A DNA stretch of 64,000 nucleotides from Candidatus Krumholzibacteriota bacterium. GTDB taxonomy: Bacteria > Krumholzibacteriota > Krumholzibacteriia > JACNKJ01. The position numbers and the translations under genes were made by a program. The notes below the pieces were generated by a model. That model had not been told where the DNA came from. It searched no databases and saw nothing but the letters and a program-made list of their open reading frames with translations. The stretch covers positions 101,866-165,865 of the forward strand of contig JAFGBK010000070.1 of NCBI GenBank assembly GCA_016933175.1. The letters run 5' to 3'. Below, in pieces: positions 27,154-36,967 of the stretch. Numbering within the stretch: the stretch's first letter is position 1; each line of letters begins with the position of its first letter.

Positions 27154-28457
27154 GCGTCCTCCTCGTCGCCCGCCCGCCCCGGGCCGGCGGTTAGCGCGGC
27201 GAACAGGGCCGCCATGCGGGCGGCCTGGACGGGTCGGGTGAAGTCGTCGGGCACGGGCCGGGGCCGCCAGCCGGCCTCCAGGGCGGCCTCGGCCGCGGCC
27301 AGGGTCTCGGCCACACTAGCCGCTCGCGGCCGGGCCGTCCAGCCCAGGCCGTGCTCGGCCAGGAGGGCCTCCAGCTCGCTGGGCGGCGTGACAGCCAGGA
27401 TGGGCCGGCCGGCGGCGGCGTACTCGTAGAACTTGCCGGGAACGAGGTCCCGGTAGCGCTCATCGTCGTGCTTGACGAGCAGCAGCAGGTCGGCCGCCCG
27501 CTGGCGGGCCAGGCTCTCGGCGTGGGGGACGGGGCCCTCGAAGCGGACCACGTCCGCCAGGCCCAGCTCGTGCGCGGCGGCCTCATTGTCCGTCTCGCGG
27601 GGGCCGAGGAAGGTCGCTTCCAGGGGCCGCGCTCCGGCCGGCCGCGCCGCCAGATGCCGCGCCAGGCCGGCCAGGAAGGGGCGGGCCGAGCGGGTCAGGC
27701 TGAGCTTGCCGGCATGGAGGATGCGCAGGGGCGCGCCGGGCGCGGGCGGCGGCGGCGGCAGGTCCGCGAAGTCGGCGGGATCGAAGCCGTTGCGGATGAG
27801 CACCGGCGGCCGCGGGCAGCGCTCCGCGTAGCGCCGCCGCCAGCCCTCGGTCACGGCCACCACCTGGGCGCGCGCGAGCACGGCCGCCTCCTGGCGCCGG
27901 TGCAGCCAGCGATGCAGGGGCGTGGGCGGCGCCTTCAGGTGCAGGTTGAACCAGGGATCGCGGAAGTCGGCCACCCAGGGCAGGCCGGTCTCCCGGGCCA
28001 GGTCGAGAGCGGCGCGGTGGGCGCTGTCCGGCGGGCCGCTGGAGTAGATCAGGTCGATGTCGCCGTGCGCCAGGCGCCGCCGCGCGGCGCGGCGGGCCGC
28101 GGGGATCCACCCCGCGTAGGAGTCGGGCACCAGCAGCAGGTCGCCCAGGGCGCGCAGGCGCGCGAAGCCGCGGCTGGAGCGGCGGCCCGCGGCGGGGTCG
28201 CCGCCGCGCCGCCACAGCCCGGTCAGCCGCCGCAGCAGGGCCTGTCCGGTGAGCCCGCCCACGCGGTGGACCTCCAGGCCCTCCGGAAGCTGTTCGAGCA
28301 GTGAGTCGTCGCGCACCCAGTAGTCCTCGGGCCGCCCGCAGACGACCACGGGCTCCCACCCGTGCGCGGGCAGGTAGCGCGCCAGCTTCAGGCTGCGGAA
28401 GACGCCCCCGTCCCCCATGGGCGGAAAGAAGTAGGCCAGCATCAGGACGCGCCTCAC
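27150..28457 (-). CDS. GT4-family glycosyltransferase
   Basis: VRRVLMLAYFFPPMGDGGVFRSLKLARYL, SSGPP, WVADFRDPW, VPGKFYEYAAAGRPIL. GTG 28457 overlaps the upstream stop. Confidence 0.88.
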   Translation of the reverse strand: MRRVLMLAYFFPPMGDGGVFRSLKLARYLPAHGWEPVVVCGRPEDYWVRDDSLLEQLPEGLEVHRVGGLTGQALLRRLTGLWRRGGDPAAGRRSSRGFARLRALGDLLLVPDSYAGWIPAARRAARRRLAHGDIDLIYSSGPPDSAHRAALDLARETGLPWVADFRDPWFNLHLKAPPTPLHRWLHRRQEAAVLARAQVVAVTEGWRRRYAERCPRPPVLIRNGFDPADFADLPPPPPAPGAPLRILHAGKLSLTRSARPFLAGLARHLAARPAGARPLEATFLGPRETDNEAAAHELGLADVVRFEGPVPHAESLARQRAADLLLLVKHDDERYRDLVPGKFYEYAAAGRPILAVTPPSELEALLAEHGLGWTARPRAASVAETLAAAEAALEAGWRPRPVPDDFTRPVQAARMAALFAALTAGPGRAGDEEDA

Positions 28458-29521
28458 GGCCGCGCCTCTGCCAGCCGGGCGAAGGCCGCGCGCACCGTCG
28501 CCATGTTGTCCTCCCAGATGGCCGCCTCGGCGATCCGGCGGCGATTGGCCTCGCGGGCCGACTGCCGCTCGGTCTCGGGCAGGGCCACGGCCTCCAGCAG
28601 GGCGCGCGTCAGGTCCTCGGGCCGCCCGGGCGGGAAGTAGCGGGCGCGCGGCGGCGCGGGGATCCACTCGCGGTTGGCGGGAATGTCGCTGAGGACGGGA
28701 TAGGCGCCCAGGGCCATGGCCTCCAGCAGGGAGACGCTGGTGCTGTCCGAGAGACTGGCCGACACGTAGAGACCCGCGCGGCCGAGCTCCTCGACGAGCC
28801 GCTCGCGGGGAACGCGCCCCAGCCAGTCCACCCGCTCCGCGATGCCCAGCTCGCCGGCCAGACGGGCCAGGGACGCGCGCTGGGCGCCGTCCCCCGCCAG
28901 GCGCAGGCGCCAGTCGGCAAAGACGCGCAGGAAGCCCGCCGCGCCGCGCAGCACCGTGGCGACGTCATAGACGGGCTCCAGGTTCCGGTCGTGGAGGATC
29001 ACCGGCTCGCGCGGCCCCGTCCCGGCGCCGGCCGCGAAGATGGCGCGGTCCACGCCCATGGGCACGGTCAGCGGCCTCACGCCCTCCCCCGCGAGGGCGA
29101 CGATGGCCTCGCTGAGCATGGCCGCGTCGCTGGTCACCAGGTCGGCGGCCCGCAGCACGCGACGCGCGCGCCAGCGGTGGAAGGCGCTGCGGTGCGGATT
29201 GACGAGCACGTCGCTGCCCCAGGTGGACAGGGCCCACGGCCGCCGCCCGGTCAGCCAGGCCAGCCAGCCGTAGTTGGGCACGAAGTGGGCGCTGACGAGG
29301 TCCGGCCGGAAGCGCCGCAGGATCCGCGCCGCCGCGGGCGCGGCCAGTGTGCAGGCCAGGGCGCCCGCCGGCAGGCCGGCCGCCAGGCGCCGCACGGGAA
29401 CGGGCATGGGGCGGGGATCCTCCAGGGTGAGGAGTAGCACCTCGTCGCCCTGGCCGGCGAAGTAGCCGGCCCAGCGTGCGGTGTGGACGTTGCGGCCGTC
29501 GCTCAGGAGGGCGATGCGCAT
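28454..29521 (-). CDS. GT4-family glycosyltransferase
   Basis: MRIALLSDGRNVHTARW, STWGSDVL, SLSDSTSVSLLEAMALG, SDIPANREWI. ATG 29521 overlaps the wzx stop (TGATG). Confidence 0.88.
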   Translation of the reverse strand: MRIALLSDGRNVHTARWAGYFAGQGDEVLLLTLEDPRPMPVPVRRLAAGLPAGALACTLAAPAAARILRRFRPDLVSAHFVPNYGWLAWLTGRRPWALSTWGSDVLVNPHRSAFHRWRARRVLRAADLVTSDAAMLSEAIVALAGEGVRPLTVPMGVDRAIFAAGAGTGPREPVILHDRNLEPVYDVATVLRGAAGFLRVFADWRLRLAGDGAQRASLARLAGELGIAERVDWLGRVPRERLVEELGRAGLYVSASLSDSTSVSLLEAMALGAYPVLSDIPANREWIPAPPRARYFPPGRPEDLTRALLEAVALPETERQSAREANRRRIAEAAIWEDNMATVRAAFARLAEARP

Positions 29522-31062
29522 CAGGCCGCCTCCCCCGCGCGCAGGGCGCGGGCGAGGCCCCGGCGCAGACCCGCCAGGGGCAGCCGCGCCAGGAGCCAGG
29601 CCTTCTCGCGCCCGTCCAGGATGCCCTCGCCCGCCAGGGCGAGCCAGGCGCCCGCCGCGAGCAGGCCCAGGCCGGCGGCGACGCCGGCCGGGCCGGGCGC
29701 CCAGCCCGCGGCGCCGGGCAGGAGCCGGGCCGCCAGGATGGCCGGGACCAGGGGCGCCAGGCCCCAGGCCAGGGTCCGCGCCAGCGGCCCGCCCAGGCCC
29801 GCCAGCCAGCCGCGGCGCCGCGCCGCCGCCAGGATCCAGGCGGCCTGCAGCGCCGCCGCCCCCACCTGGGCCAGGCCCAGGCCGATGAGGTCCAGGTGCC
29901 GCACCAGGATGACGAGACTGCCATAGTAGGCGAGGGCCCAGGCGAGATTGCCCAGCAGCACGACGTGCAGGCCGTGCAGCCCGCGGAAGGCCGCCTCCAG
30001 GCAGGCGGCCAGGGAGCTCAGGGGCAGGCTCAGCAGGAGCAGGCACATGAGCGGCAGGGCGCGCAGGTACGCGGGCGTCGCCACGAGGAGGATCAGGGGC
30101 CGGGACAGGAGCAGCAGGGCCGCCGCCAGCCAGAGGGACAGGACCAGCTGAGCGCGCAGGAACAGCTGCAGGCGCTCCGGCAACTCGGCCTCGCGGCGCT
30201 CCTCGTAGAAGCGGCTCACTTCCGTCTGCAACGACAGCACCGGCGCCGCCAGGAAGCGCCGGCTCACGCCCACCAGGCGGGCCGGCACGTTGAAGAGGGA
30301 GACGAGCTCCAGGGCGGCGGCCAGGGCGACGACGTAGCGGTCCAGGTCGAAGTAGGCCAGGGCCAGCCAGCGCAGGGGCAGGCTCAGGAGCCAGTAGTCG
30401 CGCAGCTGCCCGCGCTCGAGGCGCAGGGGCGCCGGCGGCGCGCCGCCGCGCGGCACCGCCAGGGGGAAGGCGGCCAGCAGCAGGCCGCCGCGCAGGAGGA
30501 ACCAGAAGGCGGTGAGCTCCAGGGCGCGGGCGGCGTCCAGGCTCCCGCGCTCCAGGAAGAGCTGCAGGGTCAGCCCCGCGGCCGCCAGGACCTCGGCCAG
30601 TGCCATGGGCCCCATGCGCCGGAGGCCCTGCCAGAGGGCGTCGGCCAGCTCGCTCAGGCCGAAGGCCAGGGCCACGAGGAGCGCGCGCCGGAAGAGCGCG
30701 TCCGCGGCGCCGGCCAGGGCGAAGCGCCCGGCCAGCCAGTCGCGACCCAGCCAGGCCGCCAGGCCCACGACAGCGTAGCCGGCCAGGATGCCGGTGAGGG
30801 TCAGGCCCGCCGCGCGCAGGATGCGCCCGCCCTCGCGGCGGGCCTCAAGCTGGGGCAGGAAGCGCAGGGCGAGCTGCGGCAGTCCCGCGAGGGCGACGGC
30901 CGCCACGAGGCCGGCGAGGGCGCGCAGGGCCAGCAGCAGGCCGAAGCCCTCCTGGCTCAGGTGGACGGCGAAGAGCTTCACCTGCACCAGGGCCAGCAGG
31001 CTCGCCAGCAGTGTCTTGACGGCCAGGAAGAGGGCGTTGCTGCCCACGCGGCTCGCCGCCAT
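29521..31062 (-). CDS. Wzx/MOP-family oligosaccharide flippase
   Basis: 513 aa with about 12-14 TM helices; LSQEGFGLL, ALAGLPQLALRFLP and DLDRYVV patterns typical of polysaccharide flippases; lies inside a GT cluster. Confidence 0.78.
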   Translation of the reverse strand: MAASRVGSNALFLAVKTLLASLLALVQVKLFAVHLSQEGFGLLLALRALAGLVAAVALAGLPQLALRFLPQLEARREGGRILRAAGLTLTGILAGYAVVGLAAWLGRDWLAGRFALAGAADALFRRALLVALAFGLSELADALWQGLRRMGPMALAEVLAAAGLTLQLFLERGSLDAARALELTAFWFLLRGGLLLAAFPLAVPRGGAPPAPLRLERGQLRDYWLLSLPLRWLALAYFDLDRYVVALAAALELVSLFNVPARLVGVSRRFLAAPVLSLQTEVSRFYEERREAELPERLQLFLRAQLVLSLWLAAALLLLSRPLILLVATPAYLRALPLMCLLLLSLPLSSLAACLEAAFRGLHGLHVVLLGNLAWALAYYGSLVILVRHLDLIGLGLAQVGAAALQAAWILAAARRRGWLAGLGGPLARTLAWGLAPLVPAILAARLLPGAAGWAPGPAGVAAGLGLLAAGAWLALAGEGILDGREKAWLLARLPLAGLRRGLARALRAGEAA

Positions 31063-32021
31063 CAGCCGCCTCCCCGCAGGCGGCCGGCCAGGGCGAGGAC
31101 GGCGGCGCGCCGGCGGCGCTGCCGGTAGCCCACGGGCCGGGCGCCGAACTCCGCCTTGAAGGCGAACAGTGGATCCTTGCCCGTGCTGCCGCCGAAGTTG
31201 AAGCTGCGGGCGCCCTCGGCGCAGGCCTGCTCCAGGTTGGCGGCGTAGAGGGCGACGCTGGGCGCCAGCTCCCGCGCCGTCTTGCGCGTCGTGCCGTTCC
31301 AGGCGACGATGCGGCCGCGGAAATGGAAGTTGAGGTGGCCGCCCAGCAGCTCGCCCTCCCGCCGCGCCGTCCAGAAGCGCACGCGCACGGTGTCGGCCAG
31401 GAGCTGCTCCAGGTGCGCCAGGGGCGTGGGCCGGGCCAGGCCCCAGTCCCGTGCGTGCTCGAGGTAGATGGCGTAGTACTCGCGCAGGTCGGCCGCATCC
31501 GTGCTGCGCGTCACGACGACGCCCGCCCGCACTGCCTTGCGGGCCTGGCGGCGCTTGGCCTGGCTGAAGCCCGCCCGGACTGCCTCCCAGCCCGGCGCCA
31601 GGTCCAGGATCTGGGTGACGAGCAGCGCGCCGGGGCCGGGCGGGTCGGGCCGGCCCGCGTCGGGGGGCGCCACCAGCGTGGCGCCGAGGACGCGGCCGCC
31701 CAGGTCGCCGAGGAAGGCCGCCGCGAGATCGTCTGCCAGGGCGGGCGGCGCGCCCGGCGCCAGCAGGGGGCCGCCGTAGGTGCCGAAGGGCAGGCTCTGG
31801 CGGTGGACCAGGCCCCAGCGCCGGGTCTCGGCGAAGGGCAGCAGGGCGCGCAGGGCGCCGCCCTCGCGCATGGTCAGCCAGCCGGGGCGGTGGCCGTAGA
31901 CCTCGGCCAGCCCGCGCAGCCAGGTGGCGCCGTGGTAGAAGGTGGCCCCCGGGGCCGTCGCCGCGAAGCGGTCCAGCTCCTCCCAGTCCAGCTCCCGCTC
32001 CAGGGCCAGGCCCACCGTCAC
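31062..32021 (-). CDS. GNAT-fold FemAB/CelD-like acyl- or aminoacyltransferase
   Basis: ATFYHGATW, SLPFGTYGGPL, KRRQARKAVRAGVVV, FNFGGS...LFAFKAEFGA: the double-GNAT FemAB-related pattern. Confidence 0.82.
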   Translation of the reverse strand: MTVGLALERELDWEELDRFAATAPGATFYHGATWLRGLAEVYGHRPGWLTMREGGALRALLPFAETRRWGLVHRQSLPFGTYGGPLLAPGAPPALADDLAAAFLGDLGGRVLGATLVAPPDAGRPDPPGPGALLVTQILDLAPGWEAVRAGFSQAKRRQARKAVRAGVVVTRSTDAADLREYYAIYLEHARDWGLARPTPLAHLEQLLADTVRVRFWTARREGELLGGHLNFHFRGRIVAWNGTTRKTARELAPSVALYAANLEQACAEGARSFNFGGSTGKDPLFAFKAEFGARPVGYRQRRRRAAVLALAGRLRGGG

Positions 32022-33229
32022 CTCCGGTAGTGGCGCAGCAGCTTGCGGACGGCCTCGCAGGCCGAGTCCACCTCCGCGTCCGTGATGCCGGGAAACAGCG
32101 GCAGGCTGAAGCAGGTCTTGAAGAAGCGCTCGCTGACCGGCAGGTCCGGCGGTCGATCGCCGAAGTACTCCCGGTGGGCGGGATGATGGTGGATGGGGAT
32201 GAAGTGGAGGCTGGGGCTCACGTTCTCGGCCGCCAGGGCGGCCAGGAAGCGGTCCCGGTCCACGCGCAGGGCGCCCGCGAGGAGGCGCGGCACGAAGAGG
32301 TGCCAGGTGTGCCGGGCGCCGGGGCGCGTGGCGGGCAGGAGCAGGGCCTCCTCGCCGGCCAGGTTCGCCAGGTAACGCTCGGCGGCCCGCGTGCGCGCGG
32401 CCAGCAGCTCGGGCGCGCGGCGCAGCTGCACGAGGCCCAGGGCCGCCTGCACGTCCGTCATGTTGAACTTGTAGCCGAAGCGCTTGACCTCGTAGTACCA
32501 GCTCCCCCGGTCCGTGTAGCGCTTCCAGGCGCCCTGGTCCATGCCGTGCAGGCTCTGCAGGGCGATCTCCTCCTCCAGGGATTCGTCGCGGCAGGTCAGG
32601 AAGCCGCCCTCGCCCGTGCTGAGGTTCTTGGTCACATAGAAGGAGAAGGCCGCCGCCTCGCCGAAGGATCCCGCGGGGCGGCCGCCGGCCTCGGCCCCGA
32701 AGGCGTGGGCCGCGTCCTCCACCAGCAGCAGCCTCTCGGCGTCGGCCAGGTCCCGCAGGGCCTCGATGCGGCAGGGCTGCCCGCCGTAGTGCACGGCCAG
32801 CACGGCGCGCGTGCGCGGCGTGACGGCCGCGGCGACGCGCTCGGGGTCCAGGCCGAAGGTCTCCTCCTCGATGTCCGCCAGCACCGGCGTCGCGCCGGCG
32901 TGGTGGATGACGTTGACCGTCGAGACGAAGGTGTTGGGCGTCGTGACGACCTCGTCGCCGGGCCCGATGCCCAGCACCTTCAGGGCGAGGAAGAGGCCCG
33001 AGGTGCAGCTGTCCAGCGGCCAGCCGTGGGGCAGGCCCGTCGCGTCAAGGAAGGCCGCGCGGAACTCGTGGGTGCGCGGGCCGATGGTGAGCCAGCCCGA
33101 GCGCAGGGTCTCCACCACGGCCGCGATCTCCTCCTCGCCGTGGCAGGGCCGGAAGAAGGGCAGGCGCTCGGCGCGCACGGGCGCGCCGCCTTCGATGGCG
33201 GGCAGGTCCCCCGCCTGGCTGTCGCTCAT
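32018..33229 (-). CDS. DegT/DnrJ/EryC1/StrS PLP-dependent sugar aminotransferase
   Basis: LRSGWLTIGP, SCTSGLFLAL, GPGDEVVT, EDAAHAFG, FSFYVTKNLSTGEGG (PLP lysine), GYKFNMTD, SLPLFP. Confidence 0.94.
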   Translation of the reverse strand: MSDSQAGDLPAIEGGAPVRAERLPFFRPCHGEEEIAAVVETLRSGWLTIGPRTHEFRAAFLDATGLPHGWPLDSCTSGLFLALKVLGIGPGDEVVTTPNTFVSTVNVIHHAGATPVLADIEEETFGLDPERVAAAVTPRTRAVLAVHYGGQPCRIEALRDLADAERLLLVEDAAHAFGAEAGGRPAGSFGEAAAFSFYVTKNLSTGEGGFLTCRDESLEEEIALQSLHGMDQGAWKRYTDRGSWYYEVKRFGYKFNMTDVQAALGLVQLRRAPELLAARTRAAERYLANLAGEEALLLPATRPGARHTWHLFVPRLLAGALRVDRDRFLAALAAENVSPSLHFIPIHHHPAHREYFGDRPPDLPVSERFFKTCFSLPLFPGITDAEVDSACEAVRKLLRHYRR

Positions 33230-34641
33230 AGCAGGTCCTTCATGGTCTGGGCCAGGCTCAGGAGGCGCCGCCCCAGCGCCGCCTCCTCGCCGGCCGCCGC
33301 CATGACCTCCAGCTCGGCCAGGAGGCCGGGCAGGTCGAGGTCCCCGGGCAGGCGGGGCCGGATGATCATCAACTGCTCGCCGAACTCGCTGACCTCCGCC
33401 TCGCGGCGGGTCATCAGCTTCTCGTGCAGCTTCTCGCCGGGCCTCAGGCCCGTGAAGACGATGGGAACGTCCACGTCCGGCTCCAGGCCCGACAGGCGGA
33501 TCATGGCGCGCGCCAGCTCGAGGATGCCGACGCTCTCGCCCATGTTGAGGATGAAGATCTCCCCGCCGCCGCCGAGGCTGGCCGCCTGGAGGACCAGCAT
33601 GCTGGCCTCCTTGATGGTCATGAAGTAGCGCGTCGCCTCGGGGTCGGTGACGGTGACGGGGCCGCCGCGGCGGATCTGCCGGCGGAAGAGCGGCACCACC
33701 GAGCCCCGGCTGCCCAGGACGTTGCCGAAGCGCACCGAGATGAAGCGCGTGGGTCCGCGGGCGGCGGCGGCGTCCAGGAGCAGCAGCTCGGCCAGGCGCT
33801 TGCTGGCGCCCATGACGCCGCGGGGATCCACGGCCTTGTCCGTCGACAGCATCACCATGCGCTCGACGCCGCTGGCGCGGCAGCAGTCCAGCAGGTTGCG
33901 CGTGCCCAGGACGTTGTTGATGAAGGCCTCCACGGGGAAGCGCTCCATGTAGGGCACGTGCTTGTGCGCCGCGGCGTGGAAGACCACGTCCGGCCGGCGC
34001 GCGTCGAAGACGCGGCCCAGGCGGCCCCGGTCGCGGATGTCGGCGATGAGCCCCTCCACGGCCAGGTCGGCGTGGGCCTCGCGCAGCTCGTTCTCGATCT
34101 CGAAGATGGAGTTCTCGCCCCGCCCCAGCAGGATCAGGCGCGCGGGCGCCAGGGGCGCCGCCAGCCGCGCGATCTCGCCGCCGATGGAGCCGCCGGCCCC
34201 CGTCACCAGCACGGTGCGGCCGGCCAGCATGGCCCGCACGGGCGCGGGGCGGAAGTCCACGGACTCGCGGCCCAGCAGGTCCTCGGCGCTGACGGGGCGG
34301 ATCTGGGAGATGCTGACGTCGCCCGTGACGATCTCGCGGATGCCCGGCACGATCTTGAAGGGCAGGCCCGCCTCCTGGCAGACGCCGACCAGACGTCGCA
34401 CCACGCGGCCCTCGGCGCTGGGAATGGCGACGATGACCTCGTCGATGCCCCGCTCCCGCGCCACGGCGGCCAGGGTGTCCGTGGGGCCGTGGACGGGCAG
34501 GTCCAGGACCCGCTCCCCGGCCAGGCCCGGCCCGTCGTCCAGGAAGCCGTCCACGACCAGGCCCAGCTCGGGGCTGGAGGTGATCTCGCGGGCCACCATG
34601 CGGCCCGCTTCGCCGGCGCCGATGATGAGGATCCTCTTCAC
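33226..34641 (-). CDS. CapD/PglF-family UDP-GlcNAc 4,6-dehydratase without the N-terminal membrane domain
   Basis: Starts VKRILIIGAGEAG (GTG 34641, GAGGGAAGG SD); EDLLGRE, VTGAGGSIG, FHAAAHKHVP, STDKAV, VMGASKR (MxxxK), VRFGNVLGSRGSV, TRYFMT, GLRPGEKLHE. Confidence 0.93.
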   Translation of the reverse strand: MKRILIIGAGEAGRMVAREITSSPELGLVVDGFLDDGPGLAGERVLDLPVHGPTDTLAAVARERGIDEVIVAIPSAEGRVVRRLVGVCQEAGLPFKIVPGIREIVTGDVSISQIRPVSAEDLLGRESVDFRPAPVRAMLAGRTVLVTGAGGSIGGEIARLAAPLAPARLILLGRGENSIFEIENELREAHADLAVEGLIADIRDRGRLGRVFDARRPDVVFHAAAHKHVPYMERFPVEAFINNVLGTRNLLDCCRASGVERMVMLSTDKAVDPRGVMGASKRLAELLLLDAAAARGPTRFISVRFGNVLGSRGSVVPLFRRQIRRGGPVTVTDPEATRYFMTIKEASMLVLQAASLGGGGEIFILNMGESVGILELARAMIRLSGLEPDVDVPIVFTGLRPGEKLHEKLMTRREAEVSEFGEQLMIIRPRLPGDLDLPGLLAELEVMAAAGEEAALGRRLLSLAQTMKDLL

Positions 34642-34654
34642 GGGTGTCCTTCCC

Positions 34655-36967
34655 TCAGCGCACCAGCACGAGGATGCGCGTCGCCACGGCGCCGCGGTCC
34701 TCGAGGCGCAGGATGTAGCGGCCGCTCTCGGCGCGATTGCCGAAGCGGGTCTGCAGGTTCCAGAGCACCCCACCGGGCGCCACGCGGCCCGGCCGGGCCA
34801 CGAGCTGCCCCTCGAGGTTGTAGACCAGGGCGTTCACCGCCTGCTCGACGCCGCCCAGGCGCACCGCGTCGTGGCCCAGCTCGGCCCGCACGGGATTCGG
34901 GTAGAGGTAGGCGCCGGCCAGGGCCTCGGGCGGCGGCGCCGGATCGGCCAGCACGTCCACCACGGCGGCGCCGCCGTTGGTGCCCACCCAGAGACGGGCG
35001 CCGTCCGCGCTCAGGGCCAGGCAGCCCACGCGCGGCGAGGGCAGGGGCGAGAGCACCTCGCTGCCGAACAGGTCGGCGCCGGCCGCCGCGCGGCCGGCCT
35101 CGTTCGTCCAGTTCGACACCTGCCAGGCCAGGACACCGCCCGCCTCGTCGTAGCGGTAGGCGACGCGGGCCAGGCCCAGGTCGCAGCCCACCCAGACCGA
35201 GCTGTCGGGCGCCGCCGCGACGGCCCGCACCTGGGGCGCCAGGAGGCCGTCGCCGTAGTAGGTCTTCTTGCCCAGGCGCCCCACGGCCTTCCAGCCGCCC
35301 GCCACGGGCAGGACGAGGACGAGGCCGTCGTCCTGGGCCACCCAGAGGGCGCCCTCGGGACCGGCCGCCAGCTTGAAGCCCGCGGTCGCATCGGCGAGGT
35401 AGCCGCCCGGATCCGCGATGCCGCCGCCCGTGCCCGTGTGGTACCACGTGTCGTCGGCCGGATCGAAGAGCGTGCCGTTCGCGTCCCAGATCTGCAGGCC
35501 GGCGCCCCGGAAGAGCAGGGCCGCCCGGCCGTCGGGCAAGAAGGCCAGCGCGTCGGGGATGTTCGCGGGCAGGCCGGCGCTGCCCGTGTCCAGGACGTGC
35601 CACTGGTCGCCCGCGTCGCAGACGTCGATGCCGGCGCCGTCGGAGCAGAACCAGCGGTTGCCGGCCGCGTCCTCGCCCATGGCCAGGTAGCTGCGGTTGG
35701 CGGCCAGGACCTCGCGCGCGCCCGTGGCCAGCTCGATGCGGCCGAAGGCGAGGGTGAAGCGGTTGAACCAGGCGTAGCCCGCGCCGTCCTCGAGCATGTC
35801 CAGGGAGAAGCGCGGCATGCCGCCGAAGGCGGGATCCGAGGGGTAGCGGATCCAGGCGCCGCCGAGCCAGGCGGCGCCCCCGCCGCGGCTCAGGGCCCAG
35901 GTGCGGCCCGACGGCCCGCGGCGCATGACCAGGAAGTCGGCGCCGAGCACGTGGTCCGCCAGGTCCTCCTGCTCCCAGGCGGCGCCGTCCCAGTGGAGGA
36001 GGCCCGGCCCCACGCCCTCGCTGTAGGCGCCGCCCAGCCACACCTGGCCATCGGCCCCGGCGTGGAGGGCTCCATAGGTGACGGTCGTGTAGCCGAGGTA
36101 GTGGTCCGCGGGCAGGCCGGGCAGCTCGGTCCAGGTGCCGGCGTCCGGCGCGTAGCGATAGACGCGGTCCTCCCGCCCCGTCTGGCCCGGCACGCCCAGG
36201 GACAGCGCGAGCGTGTCGCCGGCGGCGTCCAGGGCCTGGACCGCGTAGCCGGCCAGGCCACCGGGGAGGGCCAGCGCGCTCCAGGCGCCGCCCGCGGCGG
36301 GACGCCGGCTCACGGCGCCCTCGGCCAGGGCCCACAGGGAATCGGCGGCCAGGACCAGCGCGCCGACGGAGCCCGCCGGAGCGCTCGCGCCGGGCTCGGC
36401 CACCAGGGTGTCCGGCGTCAGGCGGTAGATGCCCGCCTCGGTGCCGGCGTAGAGGGTGTCGGCCACGAAGGCCAGGGCGCGGACGGTCTCGTTGCCGAGC
36501 CCGTCGCTGGCCGTCCAGATGCTGCCCGGCGCGGCGGCCTCCATGACGCCCAGGCCGGCATCGGTGCCGTACCAGATGCGGCCGTCGGGTCCGCGGGCCA
36601 GGCAGAGGACCGCGTCCGAGGCGAGGGCGTTGTGGGTCTGGAAGCGACGCCAGGGCGCGGCGTCGGCCGGGCGGTAGCGCAGCAGGCCCTCGCCGGCCGT
36701 GGCCACCCAGATCTCCGTCTCGTCCGTGGCGAGGACGGCGTTGAGATCGCTGGTGGGCAGGCCGTCATCGCTGTTGAAGACGCTGATTCCGCCATCGAAG
36801 GCCAGGCGCACGAGGCCGCCGCGCCCGGCTGCCCAGACGGCGGCGTCAGTGGCGTCCAGGGAGCGCAGCTCGCTGGGGTCCGTTGCCACGTCCCAGACGA
36901 GGAGGGCCCGGGCCGGCGCGGCCGCGAGCAGGATCAGCAGGAGGGCCGTGACGGGGCGACGGCTCAT
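34655..36967 (-). CDS. PorZ-like secreted protein: Reg_prop-type beta-propeller repeats plus T9SS-like CTD
   Basis: 770 aa from ATG 36967 (ATGA overlap); signal peptide; repeats such as GLPTSDLNAV..IWVATAGEGL, IWYGTDAGL, EDAAGNRWF, LWVGTNGG; C-terminal AYLYPNPVR...VYNLEGQLV...WNLQTRFGNRAESGRYIL. Confidence 0.72.
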   Translation of the reverse strand: MSRRPVTALLLILLAAAPARALLVWDVATDPSELRSLDATDAAVWAAGRGGLVRLAFDGGISVFNSDDGLPTSDLNAVLATDETEIWVATAGEGLLRYRPADAAPWRRFQTHNALASDAVLCLARGPDGRIWYGTDAGLGVMEAAAPGSIWTASDGLGNETVRALAFVADTLYAGTEAGIYRLTPDTLVAEPGASAPAGSVGALVLAADSLWALAEGAVSRRPAAGGAWSALALPGGLAGYAVQALDAAGDTLALSLGVPGQTGREDRVYRYAPDAGTWTELPGLPADHYLGYTTVTYGALHAGADGQVWLGGAYSEGVGPGLLHWDGAAWEQEDLADHVLGADFLVMRRGPSGRTWALSRGGGAAWLGGAWIRYPSDPAFGGMPRFSLDMLEDGAGYAWFNRFTLAFGRIELATGAREVLAANRSYLAMGEDAAGNRWFCSDGAGIDVCDAGDQWHVLDTGSAGLPANIPDALAFLPDGRAALLFRGAGLQIWDANGTLFDPADDTWYHTGTGGGIADPGGYLADATAGFKLAAGPEGALWVAQDDGLVLVLPVAGGWKAVGRLGKKTYYGDGLLAPQVRAVAAAPDSSVWVGCDLGLARVAYRYDEAGGVLAWQVSNWTNEAGRAAAGADLFGSEVLSPLPSPRVGCLALSADGARLWVGTNGGAAVVDVLADPAPPPEALAGAYLYPNPVRAELGHDAVRLGGVEQAVNALVYNLEGQLVARPGRVAPGGVLWNLQTRFGNRAESGRYILRLEDRGAVATRILVLVR

